Assembly (NCBI GenBank): GCA_963693365.1
Contig: CAVNZM010000016.1
Location: forward strand, 398,595 to 462,594
DNA length: 64,000 bases
Direction of reading: 5' to 3'
Source of the DNA: Amoebidium appalachense
Taxonomy: Eukaryota; Protista; Ichthyosporea
Shown: in pieces, positions 19,639 through 31,002 of the stretch
How the letters are laid out: each line of letters begins with the position of its first letter
Position numbering within the stretch: the stretch's first letter is position 1
The notes under the pieces: generated by a model
Database searches by the model: none
Told to the model about the DNA's origin: nothing
Seen by the model: the letters and a program-made list of their open reading frames with translations, nothing else
Position numbers and translations under genes: made by a program

Positions 19639-20322
19639 ATGGCCACCTACAACGACGCGTTTGTCAGCGACAAATTGGCACGGATTGAAGGTGGGAAACG
19701 CGAAGTGGTGACCCCCGCGGGCCGCATCGACCTGCTCACAGACACGGACATCATCGAGGTCAAGCGCGCACCGCAGTGGAAGGCCGCACTCGGACAGGTG
19801 CAGGCGTACATGAAGTACTACCCGAGCCACCGACCACGGGTCCATCTGTTCGGCTATGCGTCAGCAGACGTGTTCAAGGTGGCCATCCAAACAATGTCAG
19901 ACTTTAATATATGTGTGACGGTGGAACCTGACACGATGCAGCTTGTGTGGGGAAACCGACCAACTGCTACGCCCTCCAGGCCACAGGCTGGTTCTGTTTC
20001 GGTGGAGGTACAGTTCTTGAAGGACGTGGCCAACGGATACGGTGTTGCAGCATCACAACTGGCGGAAGGGGGGATGTGGGTGACGACTGGCGGGATGCTG
20101 GAACTGATGCGCACCTGGGCGAGCACAAGGGGAACGGGTACGGAAATTCGGGTGGGATCCAAAAGGTTGGGTTCGTGCCTCAAAAAGGTCCTTGGGGAGC
20201 GCAGCTGGGTCTACTCGAATATGGTGAAAATAGGGAACCCCACATCGGAAACAACTATGGGGTATCGATTCGACAGAGACAAGGTCCTGAACTTTGAGAA
20301 CAGCGGCCAGGCCGACGAATAG
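19639..20322 (+). CDS. PD-(D/E)XK nuclease plus C-terminal D5-type winged-helix-like domain
   Basis: EVVTPAGRIDLLTDTDIIEVK...WKAALGQVQAY; C-terminus SVEVQFLKD...MRTW...LGSCLKKVLG. Confidence 0.8.
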   Translation: MATYNDAFVSDKLARIEGGKREVVTPAGRIDLLTDTDIIEVKRAPQWKAALGQVQAYMKYYPSHRPRVHLFGYASADVFKVAIQTMSDFNICVTVEPDTMQLVWGNRPTATPSRPQAGSVSVEVQFLKDVANGYGVAASQLAEGGMWVTTGGMLELMRTWASTRGTGTEIRVGSKRLGSCLKKVLGERSWVYSNMVKIGNPTSETTMGYRFDRDKVLNFENSGQADE

Positions 20323-20524
20323 GGCGACCACATGCAGCACGCGCACGCCCGGGCGCGTGTGCGTCTGGAATCCATCAAACCCATGAACGGTAAAAAATGG
20401 GGGAAGCTCCGCGCGCGTACAATGCGCTGGCTGGCGAAACAGTCAAAGCCTGGTGTGGGGGGCTATTTTTAGGGATACCGGGTGTCTGTGTATGGTGTAT
20501 TTTTTATTCGCACACTGTTATAGG

Positions 20525-20881
20525 ATGTCCGCGGTAGGCTACGACGAGGCGTTCGTGCGCGAGCGACTGGCCGAGCTCGAGGACGGGGTGTGCGGGGTGC
20601 CCACACGGGCCGGCCGGATCGACGTGCTGACGAGCACGCAGGTCATCGAGGTCCAGCGCGCGTCGCAGTGGAAGACGGCGATCGGAAACGTGCTCGCATA
20701 CAGCCACTACTACCCCGACCGCCAGCCGAGGATCCACCTGTTCGACTATGCACCGGCCGACGTGTACAGGATGGCTGTGCAAACCATCACGTCGCTGAAC
20801 ATCACGCTTACAACCGAAGAGGACACGTTGCAGCTGATTTGGGGGGACGACCCGGGCAAAGACGTAAAAGACGAAAAATAA
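20525..20881 (+). CDS. Short degenerate PD-(D/E)XK nuclease paralog
   Basis: GVPTRAGRIDVLTSTQVIEVQ: catalytic K replaced by Q and the upstream E lost; no C-terminal domain. Confidence 0.75.
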   Translation: MSAVGYDEAFVRERLAELEDGVCGVPTRAGRIDVLTSTQVIEVQRASQWKTAIGNVLAYSHYYPDRQPRIHLFDYAPADVYRMAVQTITSLNITLTTEEDTLQLIWGDDPGKDVKDEK

Positions 20882-20909
20882 ATAAACAAGCCACGGGCAA
20901 AAAGGTCAA

Positions 20910-21320
20910 AGCAGCGCAGAGTTTGCCAATATCCGGTCAAAGCTAGCGCGAAGTAGTGAACATTCAATAAAGCTAGCGCAGAGTTGGCCAATAACGGTCA
21001 CAGCAGCGCAGAGTTTGCCAATATACGGCCAACCAAACACGAACCCTCGGTCAATATCCGGTCAACCCGAACTCGTGTTTGGCGAAAATCTAGTGAACCC
21101 AAAACGAACATCGCGCGAACCCTTGCCAATATCCGGTCAACCCGAACTCGTGTTTGGCAAAAATCTAGTGAACCCAAAACGAACATCGCGCGAACCCTTG
21201 CCAATATCCGGTCAACCCGAACTCGTGTTTGGCGAAAATCTAGTGAACCCAAAACGAACATCGCGCGAACCCCTGCCAATATCCGGTCAACCAAACACGA
21301 ACCCTCGGTCAATATCGTTC
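20910..21320. repeat. 75-bp tandem repeat (3 full copies plus partial copies)
   Basis: AATATCCGGTCAACC... at 21053, 21128, 21203 and 21278. Confidence 0.9.
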
Positions 21321-21469
21321 GATCCACGGAGCATCCATTTCAATATTGGTCGAATCACGGAGACCACCTTTGAATAATGCTTGAATCGTATTCACCCGCT
21401 ATTCAATCTGATTGGTCGAAACATTAAATCTGATTGTACGAAACCGTTCCAATCTGATTGGTCGAAAGC

Positions 21470-21588
21470 GCCCGGTGATAGCGCTGATGAATAATCTCTC
21501 CAACAACACATGTGCAAGCAGCGCACGGTGATTGCGCTCATGACCCTACTCTCAAACAACACAGGTGCAAGCGCAAGCATTGCCCCCC

Positions 21589-21619
<31 letters not shown>

Positions 21620-21830
21620 ACACACACACACAGCGCCCGGTAATAGCGCTCATGACCCATCTTTTCAACAACACATGTGGAAGCGCACGGTAATAGCGCT
21701 CATGACCCATGTCTCAAACACCACACGTGCAAGCGCACCGTGATAGCGCTCATGACCCTACTCTCAAACAACACATGTGGAAGCCCACGGTGATAGCGCT
21801 CATGACCCTACTCTCAAACACCACAACACA
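21470..21830 (+). repeat. 50-bp tandem repeat array (left arm of an inverted pair)
   Basis: Unit GTGATAGCGCTCATGACCCTACTCTCAAACAACAC..., about 6 copies. Confidence 0.85.
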
Positions 21831-22020
21831 CACAAAGGCATTCGGGAACACACATGCACACTTTGCATCCCCCTCCCCCCCCACACACAAAGGCATTCGG
21901 GAACACACATGCACACTTTGCATCCCCCTCCCCCCCCCACACAATCCCCCTCCCCCCCACACACACACAAAGGCATTCGGGAACACACATGCACACTTTG
22001 CATCCCCCCACCCCACCCCC
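21828..22020. repeat. ~55-bp tandem repeat x3
   Basis: CACACAAAGGCATTCGGGAACACACATGCACACTTTGCATCCCC repeated. Confidence 0.85.
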
Positions 22021-22115
22021 TTCGTGAGAATGCACTGAGTGTCACTTATTAAGTTGAATTTTATTGATCGTGAAGGGGCACGAAGTCGTCTACCCTGGTA
22101 ATATGGTGATACCGA

Positions 22116-23975
22116 TCAGTCAGGCCATTGATTGTGAAGGGAAACGAAGTCGTCTACCCTGCTGGTAACATGGTGATACCGATCCCAGTCAGGCCAAAGT
22201 TCATCCCATGTGTTGGTTGCTGCTTCATAATACAGCCAGTGGTCGTATGGATCACCCCGTACTTGCACATGGTTATTCCTGATGGCATCCTCGAGGGCTG
22301 TCTGACACGGCAGTTGCGGGTACCAATACGCACCATCCAAAACCTCGGCGATAGGAACAGCACTCCACAGGGCATCCGCGCTGGGAGACGTGTCAGGCTG
22401 GCCCGTGGTCTTATTAATACCGATATAGCTGCTGCGCTGTTGTTCCAAATGATCGGAGGGGGTTTGTACCCAATAATTCTCGATGTCTGCCTGCCAGGGG
22501 CAGACGGCGTCGGCATCGTTGAGCATGATTTGGTCAAATCCACTCGGGGGGTAGATGACGGCCGCTTGCCGGGTTTCGGTGTCGTAAGCATACAACCCAT
22601 CAACAACGAATGGCAAATCTCTACCTTGCCCCTCCTCTTTGGCTGTTGCGAACTCTTCGCGCTCAACATCTTTCCTGATTGTGTCAATGAAGTCTCCCCA
22701 ATCGAAGGGAAGCACCATGACGTGTCTTTTGTTCATGACGTCCACAAGCATCTGCCACGACACGCCCACTTGCAGACGCCGCGTGTTTGTGGAAAGTTCG
22801 ACGGTTTCGATGTCGGTATCGATCTGGCCCAGGGGAACAAACTCGCCTTCTTCCTGCCCTTCCTGAATCTCGTAAGCAAAATATCCCGTGCACCGCCCGA
22901 ATATGTTTTTGCGCTCGGCAGGCCCACCCTCGCTGTAATCCGCCTGGACCCTGTCAATCAAATTCGAAAGCTTTTTGTCCCATTCCAGCTTGTGTCTAAT
23001 GATGTTTATGTAGTCGTACAGGTGGGCTTGGGTAAGGGGTGTAGTTGTAACTGGCGGGTTTGAGGCAGCTTGTGCCAAAATATTGGCCTTTTGGGTGGCC
23101 ATATCTAGTATTATATTCGCATGGACATCGTCGTAGCCGTCGTCGTCCTGGTCCCTCTGGTGGGCATAATGGTCCATCAATCGCAGCAGCAAACACGTGT
23201 TAAACGACTCTAACGTATACGCAGAGCTGTCTAACTTGACAACTCCTGCAGACCCTCGCAACCACGCAGTGCACGGCGGGTAATGCCGCAGTTTGCCGTC
23301 CCCCATGTACCCCTCACTGGGGTGTGTCTCTACGATCCTTCTAATAGCATCCTCAGGTAGTAAACCCCACCAGTTCCAGAACCTACTATCCTGAAAATCA
23401 CTGTTATTCGCTATCGCGTATTGGACATCCGCAACCGTGGAGGTTGCAAAAAACATATCGGCAAAGCTCTCGCTCGTTTTTTGGTCCAGTTCGGACATTT
23501 TTGCCGCAATCTCTGCTGCTGTGGCCTGCATCACCGTCCTAGTTGCAAGGCAACAGCGCCCTTCAGGGTTGTACACGGCCAGCTTGTCATAGCTTCGGAG
23601 GTACACCGCGGTGCATGCACGGAAACCCGCTTTCAACTCTTCCTGTAGTTGCAATAGACTCAACGAGGTGTCTACCTCAAACACAACAAAAGGGTGCAAC
23701 GTTTCCACTAGAGTGACATTTTCGGGGGTTGAAACCGTGGCAAGGCCGTTGGTGTTTGCAAGAGAAAACACTGCAACATCTTCCCCTACAGGGCCTAACA
23801 ACAGCGGTGTCCTCGATGGAACGATCCGAACACGCACTGGCATTGAGGGTGCAAGTCCCATTGCTGACAGCGAAATATTATTAATTCTGCCTATACCCTG
23901 CATGCCAAATCCTGTTGTGTTTTCGTGCAGCTGAGTTCGGTGTATTTGAAACGATTTGGATAAAACATCAGTCAT
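22116..23975 (-). CDS. Hypothetical protein (619 aa)
   Basis: Long intronless ORF with lower GC than its neighbours; the last ~65 bp are tandemly duplicated at 22060-22125. Confidence 0.75.
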   Translation of the reverse strand: MTDVLSKSFQIHRTQLHENTTGFGMQGIGRINNISLSAMGLAPSMPVRVRIVPSRTPLLLGPVGEDVAVFSLANTNGLATVSTPENVTLVETLHPFVVFEVDTSLSLLQLQEELKAGFRACTAVYLRSYDKLAVYNPEGRCCLATRTVMQATAAEIAAKMSELDQKTSESFADMFFATSTVADVQYAIANNSDFQDSRFWNWWGLLPEDAIRRIVETHPSEGYMGDGKLRHYPPCTAWLRGSAGVVKLDSSAYTLESFNTCLLLRLMDHYAHQRDQDDDGYDDVHANIILDMATQKANILAQAASNPPVTTTPLTQAHLYDYINIIRHKLEWDKKLSNLIDRVQADYSEGGPAERKNIFGRCTGYFAYEIQEGQEEGEFVPLGQIDTDIETVELSTNTRRLQVGVSWQMLVDVMNKRHVMVLPFDWGDFIDTIRKDVEREEFATAKEEGQGRDLPFVVDGLYAYDTETRQAAVIYPPSGFDQIMLNDADAVCPWQADIENYWVQTPSDHLEQQRSSYIGINKTTGQPDTSPSADALWSAVPIAEVLDGAYWYPQLPCQTALEDAIRNNHVQVRGDPYDHWLYYEAATNTWDELWPDWDRYHHVTSRVDDFVSLHNQWPD

Positions 23976-24291
23976 CGCGCTGATTGGCTAAACGCGGATT
24001 ACACATCTTTTAACGGATGATCCCGATTAGTTGGATAAATCTAGAGAACAATCCCGTTACCATCGGCTAGCCGCGCTGATTGGCCAAACGTGGATGCCAT
24101 CCAATTGGTTGCATAACCCGTGCGCAAGCCCGAAAATTCGGATTTGTTTCTTGGTATTTTTTCAAGCCCCGGAGTATTTTTGCCTGGGGTGTATGGTATT
24201 TTTCATCCCCAGTCAAAGGGGGTAAAGGGGGGTTCCTATTTAAGCTTGCCATGAAATTTGCGGAGGCTTACCATAAACTGAAAATTTGATG

Positions 24292-24557
24292 CGCGTGCCC
24301 CAGTGTTGTTGCAGAGTAGGGTCATGAGCGCTATCACCGTGTGCTTGCACCTGTGTTGTTGGAGAGTAGGGTCATGAGCGCTATCACCATGCGCTTGCCC
24401 CAGTGTTGTTGCAGAGTAGGGTCATGAGCGCTATCACCGTGCGCTTGCACCTGTGTTGTTGCAGAGTAGGGTCATGAGCGCTATCACCGTGTGCTTGCAC
24501 CTGTGTTGTTGCAGAGTAGGGTCATGAGCGCTATCACCATACCCTTGCTCATGAGCG
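24292..24557 (-). repeat. 50-bp tandem repeat array (right arm, reverse complement of 21470-21830)
   Basis: GTGTTGTTGCAGAGTAGGGTCATGAGCGCTATCAC x5. Confidence 0.85.
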
Positions 24558-24645
24558 CCCCCCCCCCCCCACCCCCCACCACCCAAACCCTCCTCCCATC
24601 TACCCGCACAACCCCAACCCCACATTATATCGTGCACCGGGTAAC

Positions 24646-25038
24646 ATGGACGCTGGCGCACCCCTTCCCCCACCCAGCCCATTCGCACCCCCTCCCCCGA
24701 TCCGCACAAGCCCGCGCAGCACCCCCGGGCCCTCCCCCATCCTACTGGCCATCCTGGCCGGCCTGATCCTCTACGTGCTCTGGGACACGTTCAGCCCACG
24801 TGTGCGGCGGCGCCTGGCGGTGCTCAAGTGCCAGCGCGCGTGCCCAATGTGTGCCAGCTGCGGCAGCTGCGTTCCCCGCCGCAAGTGTGCGCACTGCCCC
24901 CGCTGCCACGTGTGCGGTGCCAGCCCCACCCGGTGCGCACAGTGCCCCGCATGCACGCGCTGCCCGCCCGAGCAGAAGTGCCCGGCGTGCCCCACGTGTG
25001 CGCATGCGCCTGCGGTGGTGATCAAGGAGCGCACTTGA
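24646..25038 (+). CDS. TM protein with Cys-rich CPxC repeats
   Basis: ILLAILAGLILYVLW followed by CPMCASCGSC...CPACTRCPPEQKCPACPTC. Confidence 0.65.
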   Translation: MDAGAPLPPPSPFAPPPPIRTSPRSTPGPSPILLAILAGLILYVLWDTFSPRVRRRLAVLKCQRACPMCASCGSCVPRRKCAHCPRCHVCGASPTRCAQCPACTRCPPEQKCPACPTCAHAPAVVIKERT

Positions 25039-25074
25039 AGGGTTGGGGGAGCAGAGATTTTTGTGGCATAGAGT

Positions 25075-25335
25075 ATGGCGTACCGATGGGAGTACAAGCT
25101 GAAGGAGGAGCCCGGCAAGGCACCCGTGGTGCAGGCAACTATTGTGCCGACCGAGGCCACCACCCGGCGGACGCAGATGGAGCAACGAGCATACGCACAA
25201 GAGCTTGTGGAAAAGGGCTATATAGATCTGCCCGATGAGTTGGCAGAGAAGTGTGGATTCAAGAAGTGGGTGCCCAAGAATCAACGACAGACAGCAATTG
25301 TACTGCAGAAGATGATGGAGCCTGAGGATGCCTAG
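25075..25335 (+). CDS. Small hypothetical protein (last viral-type ORF)
   Basis: 86-aa ORF with protein-like composition and viral-region codon usage. Confidence 0.5.
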   Translation: MAYRWEYKLKEEPGKAPVVQATIVPTEATTRRTQMEQRAYAQELVEKGYIDLPDELAEKCGFKKWVPKNQRQTAIVLQKMMEPEDA

Positions 25336-25496
25336 AGACCTACACAAGCCAAAGGATGAATGGACTCACACCACAAACATGGAAAATGTAAATGACGAGA
25401 GAATCTGTTGGGATGTTTAATTTTGATGAGCTGGAGTCTATCTCCCCCCCCCCTCCCCTACACCGTTCAATGAAAACTTGGTAGCATGTGTATCAT

Positions 25497-25658
<162 letters not shown>

Positions 25659-25899
25659 CAATGTACGTGCCAGTGTGCTTGTACACAGATTGAAAAGGAG
25701 ACTTGGGGTATATTAAATGGAGTCTCTCCCGCTACCACGGGCAAATACATTCAATAATCATTACGGAAACTTGGTACTGTTACCGGGCAAATACAATATA
25801 CATGAAAATTTGGATAAGATTGAAGCAGATCACATTCGAATAAACATTACAGAAAACTTGGTATGAAAACTTTGTACCACGGTTTTCCTCCACCACACC

Positions 25900-26455
25900 C
25901 ATAAACCCCTATAGATGTGGATGTGTGCCTACTGCCCACACCACCACAACTACGTTCCCCGCACCGCACCCCCCACAAACCCTAAGTAAGATGTGAATGT
26001 GGGGCCTACCCGCCGCCACCACCACAACTATGTTTCCCCCCCACCCCCCCACCACAAAGCCCAAGTAAGATGTGAATGTGGGGCCTACCCGCCGCCACCA
26101 CTACATCTACGTTTCCCCCACCGCACCCACCACAAACCCTAAGTAAGATGTGAATGTGGGGCCTACCCGCCGCCACCACTACAACTACGTTTCCCCCACC
26201 GCACCCACCACAAACCCTAAGTAAGATGTGAATGTGGGGCCTACCCGCCGCCACCACTACAACTACGTTTCCCCCACCGCACCCACCACAAACCCTAAGT
26301 AAGATGTGAATGTGGGGCCTACCCGCCGCCACCACTACAACTACGTTTCCCCCACCGCACCCACCACAAACCCTAAGTAAGATGTGAATGTGGGGCCTAC
26401 CCGCCGCCACCACTACAACTACGTTTCCCCCACCGCACCCACCACAAACCCTAGG
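25900..26455. repeat. 78-bp minisatellite, about 7 copies
   Basis: CCCTAAGTAAGATGTGAATGTGGGGCCTACCCGCCGCCACC... repeated. Confidence 0.9.
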
Positions 26456-26461
26456 CCACAT

Positions 26462-26785
26462 TCATTTTGGCTTCAAAAGCTCCTCCTCGAACTGCTTGAT
26501 GTCAGCCTTGTACTTCTCTCTCAGCTTTTTCCACTGTGCAGGGGACACCTGTGGGTTGATAGTTGGGTGTAAGTAGTAGTCCAGCCAGGTGGTTTGTTTA
26601 TGCAAGGCTCAGACATCACTGTATGCCATTACCTCAAACACACCCACGCACCCACCAATACACCACCATGGCACACACCCACAGGAAACGAACTCCTACG
26701 TGTGGACCAGGTCAAGAAAAACTCTGCAAGGACCCAAAAAACCGTTTTTACGAACCCCTACATGTAATTGTGAATGCTAGGGCAT

Positions 26786-26883
<98 letters not shown>

Positions 26884-29800
26884 GTGTTTTTTTTTTTTTG
26901 TTTTTTTTTTTGTTTTTTTTTGTTATGTGTTTTTTTTTTTTTTTTTTTTTTTTTGGGGGGGGGGGGGGAGGAGGGGGGTTACCTCGAAAACGTGTTTCCT
27001 GTCAGTGTAGCCACACGTGCATGCCGGGGGGGGCTTCTTGCCAGCGACCACAAGCCAGTTGACCGTGGCAAAATTTACCGCCTCGGCCAAGCTGCTACCA
27101 GTAGCATACCCAAAGTGGTATGCCCCAGGCAAGGTGTAGATGACCTCGCCGGCCTGCTGAACCGTGTGCTGCACAGGGACACCCTTCTTCATCAAGTAAC
27201 GGGGGTGGATGAACACAGACTGTCCCACCCACATGTTAGTCATATGAAAAACCGGGTGGTCGTTTTTGTAAGTTCACGTCATTCACGTCAGTGACTACCA
27301 CTCCCTCTCTCTCTCTTCTTGTCGTCCTCTGTTGTGTGTGTGTGGTGGTTTTTTTTTTTTTTTTTTTTTTTTTTTTGGGGGGGGGGGGTGAGGGATTACC
27401 TTATGCTGTGTGACTTTCTTGCAGATACCGGCCCCCGAAAGGCCAAGCCTCTTGTAGATATCCTCGAGGATAGACGTGACCTGTTCGTTGTACTCTGCAC
27501 TGACCACATACCAGCTTTTGTCTCCGGGCCCACGGGTCATGATGTTGACACTTCCGAGCAGAACGTCTTCTGTGTGGGGCACAAACGGAGTCCCCGTCGT
27601 GACACTGCAAGGAGGCATGTGATTAGAGGGGGTTAAAACAATAATTAGTTCCGACTTCGATGTGGTCCAATGCATTCCGAGAAGACCCGACCCATACACA
27701 TACACCCAGGATGGTTCTGTGAACAAAAGGGGCGTTCTGCAAACCTGCCTTTTTTCCCTTTGTTGCTTGTTGTTGTGTTTTTTTTTTGTTTTTTTTTTGG
27801 GGGGGGACATACTTATAGAGCATCGGTGTTGAGATGCCCTCACGGTTCTGTAACTCTCTCGATACAATCGAGCCCAGCGTCTCCAAGCTGAACATGTAGT
27901 CGATTTCTTCCCTCACTACCTGTACACACACCACACTGCATCAACACAACATACACTCTCCACACAAACACACGCACACACCCATGCCTACACAACATGC
28001 ACTCTCTGCTGCACAAACACACGCACACACCCATGCCTACACAACATGCACCCTCTGCTGCACACACACGAATACACCCATGCCTATACAACATGCACCC
28101 TCTGCTGCACACACACGAATACACCCATGCCTACACAACATGCACTCTCTGCTGCACAAACACACGCACACACCCATGCCTACACAACATGCACCCTCTG
28201 CTGCACACACACGAATACACCCATGCCTATACAACATGCACCCTCTGCTGCACACACACGAATACACCCATGCCTACAGAATACACCCATGCCTTCACAA
28301 CATGCACCCTCTGCTGCACACACACGAATACACCCATGCCTTCACAACATGCACCCTCTGCTGCACACACACGAATACACCCATGCCTACACAACATGCA
28401 CCCTCTGCTGCACACACACGAATACACCCATGCCTACACAACATGCACCCTCTGCTGCACACACACGAATACACCCATGCCTACACAACATGCACCCTCT
28501 GCTGCACACACACGAATACACCCATGCCTTCACAACATGCACCCTCTGCTGCACACACACGAATACACCCATGCCTTCACAACATGCACCCTCTGCTGCA
28601 CACACACGAATACACCCATGCCTACACAACATGCACCCTCTGCGGCACACACACGAATACACCCATGCCTACACAACATGCACCCTCTGCTGCACACACA
28701 CGAATACACCCATGCCTACACAACATGCACCCTCTGCTGCACACACACGAATACACCCATGCCTACACAACATGCACCCTCTGCTGCACACACACGAATA
28801 CACCCATGCCTTCACAACATGCACCCTCTGCTGCACACACACGAATACACCCATGCCTACACAACATGCACCCTCTGCTGCACACACACGAATACACCCA
28901 TGCCTTCACAACATGCACCCTCTGCTGCACACACACGAATACACCCATGCCTACACAACATGCACCCTCTGCTGCACACACACGAATGCACCCATGCCTA
29001 CACAACATGCACCCTCTGCTGCACACACACGAATACACCCATGCCTACACAACATGCACCCTCTGCTGCACACACACGAATACACCCATGCCAACACAAC
29101 ATGCACCCTCTGCTGCACACACACGAATACACCCATGCCTACACAACATGCACCCTCTGCTGCACACACACGAATACACCCATGCCTACACAACATGCAC
29201 CCTCTGCTGCACACACACGAATACACCGATGCCTACACAACATGCACCCTCTGCTGCACACAGACGAATACACCCATGCCTACACAACATGCACCCTCTG
29301 CTGCACACACACGAATACACCCATGCCTACACAACATGCACCCTCTGCTGCACACACACGAATACACCCATGCCTACACAACATGCACCCTCTGCTGCAC
29401 ACACACGAATACACCCATGCCTTCACAACATGCACTCTCCGCACAAGCACACGCACATACACACACATGACACACACGTACCTCACTGGGTGTATGGGTG
29501 TTTTGAAGAGGTGTCAGATCCGTTCCGTAAAGGAATATTTTACTGTAACCTTCCGGTAAGGAGTCCAATAGCCCCCAGAACTCCTCCTCCTCCAACGGGT
29601 CCCCCTGCTCAATCGTGTTAGCTCCTGTTCACGGTAACCATACCCTAATGGTTGCAAATACGCACCTCTGGAATTTGCTCTCTGATGTCTTTCCTATAAA
29701 CGAGGAAGACATCCTTGATGGCGGTAGCCTCCAGAAAGATCTGGGTGTAGGATTTTCTCACTGGTGTGGCCCAAGCAGCCTTTTTCAGCCCCTGCACTAC

Positions 29801-30001
29801 CGGTTCGGGAAGCATGAACTTGACGGCACCAGCTGCCCGAACCCCGTGTCGTTTTTCCATTACCCTAACTATCCTCTCAAATGAGAGCTTTTCTAACTGC
29901 AGTTGGCTGAGATGTTTCACGGGTACCTCGGTAAACCCCACCGACTCCCCTGTCTCCGCCCCCTGCTGTTGCCCCCTATCCGCCTCCTCCGCTTCTTGCT
30001 C
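26462..30001 (-). CDS. KDM4: Spliced JmjN+JmjC histone demethylase, KDM4/Rph1-like; 5' exons unresolved
   Basis: Approximate exons: 30001-29666 (JmjN-like EVPVKHL...AGAVKFMLP), 29603-29480 (EEEEFW...YGTDL), 27919-27811 (EGISTPMLY), 27608-27399 (FVPHTED...GDKSWY), 27218-26984 (QQAGEVIYTLPGAYHFG...AEAVNFA...CTC), 26548-26462. GT-AG introns, one with a GCTAAC branch point. Confidence 0.85.
27960..29450. repeat. 47-bp minisatellite, about 31 copies, inside a JmjC intron
   Basis: Unit CACCCATGCCTACACAACATGCACCCTCTGCTGCACACACACGAATA. Confidence 0.95.
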
Positions 30002-30142
30002 TGTGTGTGTGTGTGTGTGCCATGCGTGTGTGCATGTGTGTGCCGGTGTGTGTGTGCATGTTTGTGCCGGGTGTGCGTGTGCGTGTGTGTCGGGGTGGGG
30101 GGGTAGGATTAGCCAAGGTGGATGCACGTGTGCAGGTGTGTG

Positions 30143-30184
<42 letters not shown>

Positions 30185-30247
30185 TGCCTTCTGTGTATGT
30201 GTGTGGTGGTGGTGGTGGTTGGGTGCGTGTGGCGGGGATTAGTCGAG

Positions 30248-30585
30248 GTGCCCAGGTGCATGCATGCGTGCAGACGTGTAATGGCTTGTGTGTTTGGGGG
30301 GGGGGGGGGGGGGGGGGGGATAGCCCAGGTGCATGCATGCGTGCAGACGTGTGATCCCTTCCGTGTGTGTGCGGGAGAGGGGGGATAGCCCAGGTGCATG
30401 CATGCGTGCAGACGTGTGATCCCTTCCGTGTGTGTGCGGGGAGAGGGGGGATAGCCCAGGTGCATGCATGCGTGCAGACGTGTGATCCCTTCCGTGTGTG
30501 TGCGGGGAGAGGGGGGATAGCCCAGGTGCATGCATGCGTGCAGACGTGTAATGGCTTGTGTGTTGGGGGGGGGGGGGGGGGGGTT
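30248..30585. repeat. ~66-bp tandem repeat x5
   Basis: GCCCAGGTGCATGCATGCGTGCAGACGTGT repeated. Confidence 0.85.
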
Positions 30586-31002
30586 ACCCGGCCTGAAATC
30601 CCAAGGAGATGGGTTGCGGGTGTGGCGATAGCCCTCTGCCCCCTCTGCCCCTCCCTCTCCCTCCCCCCCTCTCCCCCTTCTCTCTCTCCCTCCCCATCTC
30701 CCCCCTCCCCACCCTCTCCCTCTCCCTCCCCCTCTCCCCCTCCCCACCCCCACTCTCTCCCTCTCCCCCCCTTCTCCCCCCTCCCCACCCCCACTCTCTC
30801 CCTCTCCCTCCCCCTCTCCCCCCTCCCCACCCCCACTCTCTCCCTCTCCCTCCCCCTCTCCCCCCTCCCCACCCCCACTCTCTCCCTCTCCTTCCCCCTC
30901 TCCCCCCTCCCCACCCCCTCCCTCTCCCCCTCCACTCTTGCCCGCTTTCTCGGTCGGTCACTCGTCGGTGCAGGTAGCTTGAAAGCGGGGCTGTCTGGGG
31001 GG

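Larger units (their letters stand above)
1..25400. mobile_element. Endogenous giant-virus-like element (Nucleocytoviricota-like), open at the left edge
   Basis: Closely packed, intronless, GC-rich ORFs with NCLDV-typical genes (A22-type resolvase, NUDIX, Bro-N-like, DUF559, penton-like, SF3 helicase, MGxxxS protein). Abrupt switch to (GT)n and intron-containing DNA at ~25.5 kb. Confidence 0.85.

Noticed and set aside
22116-23975. Second penton or transposase call for the 619-aa ORF
   Set aside because: Only a weak VKLDSSAYTL resemblance and no DDE pattern; insufficient evidence.
27984-29621. Long ORFs of 474-545 aa
   Set aside because: They are translations of a 47-bp minisatellite inside an intron.
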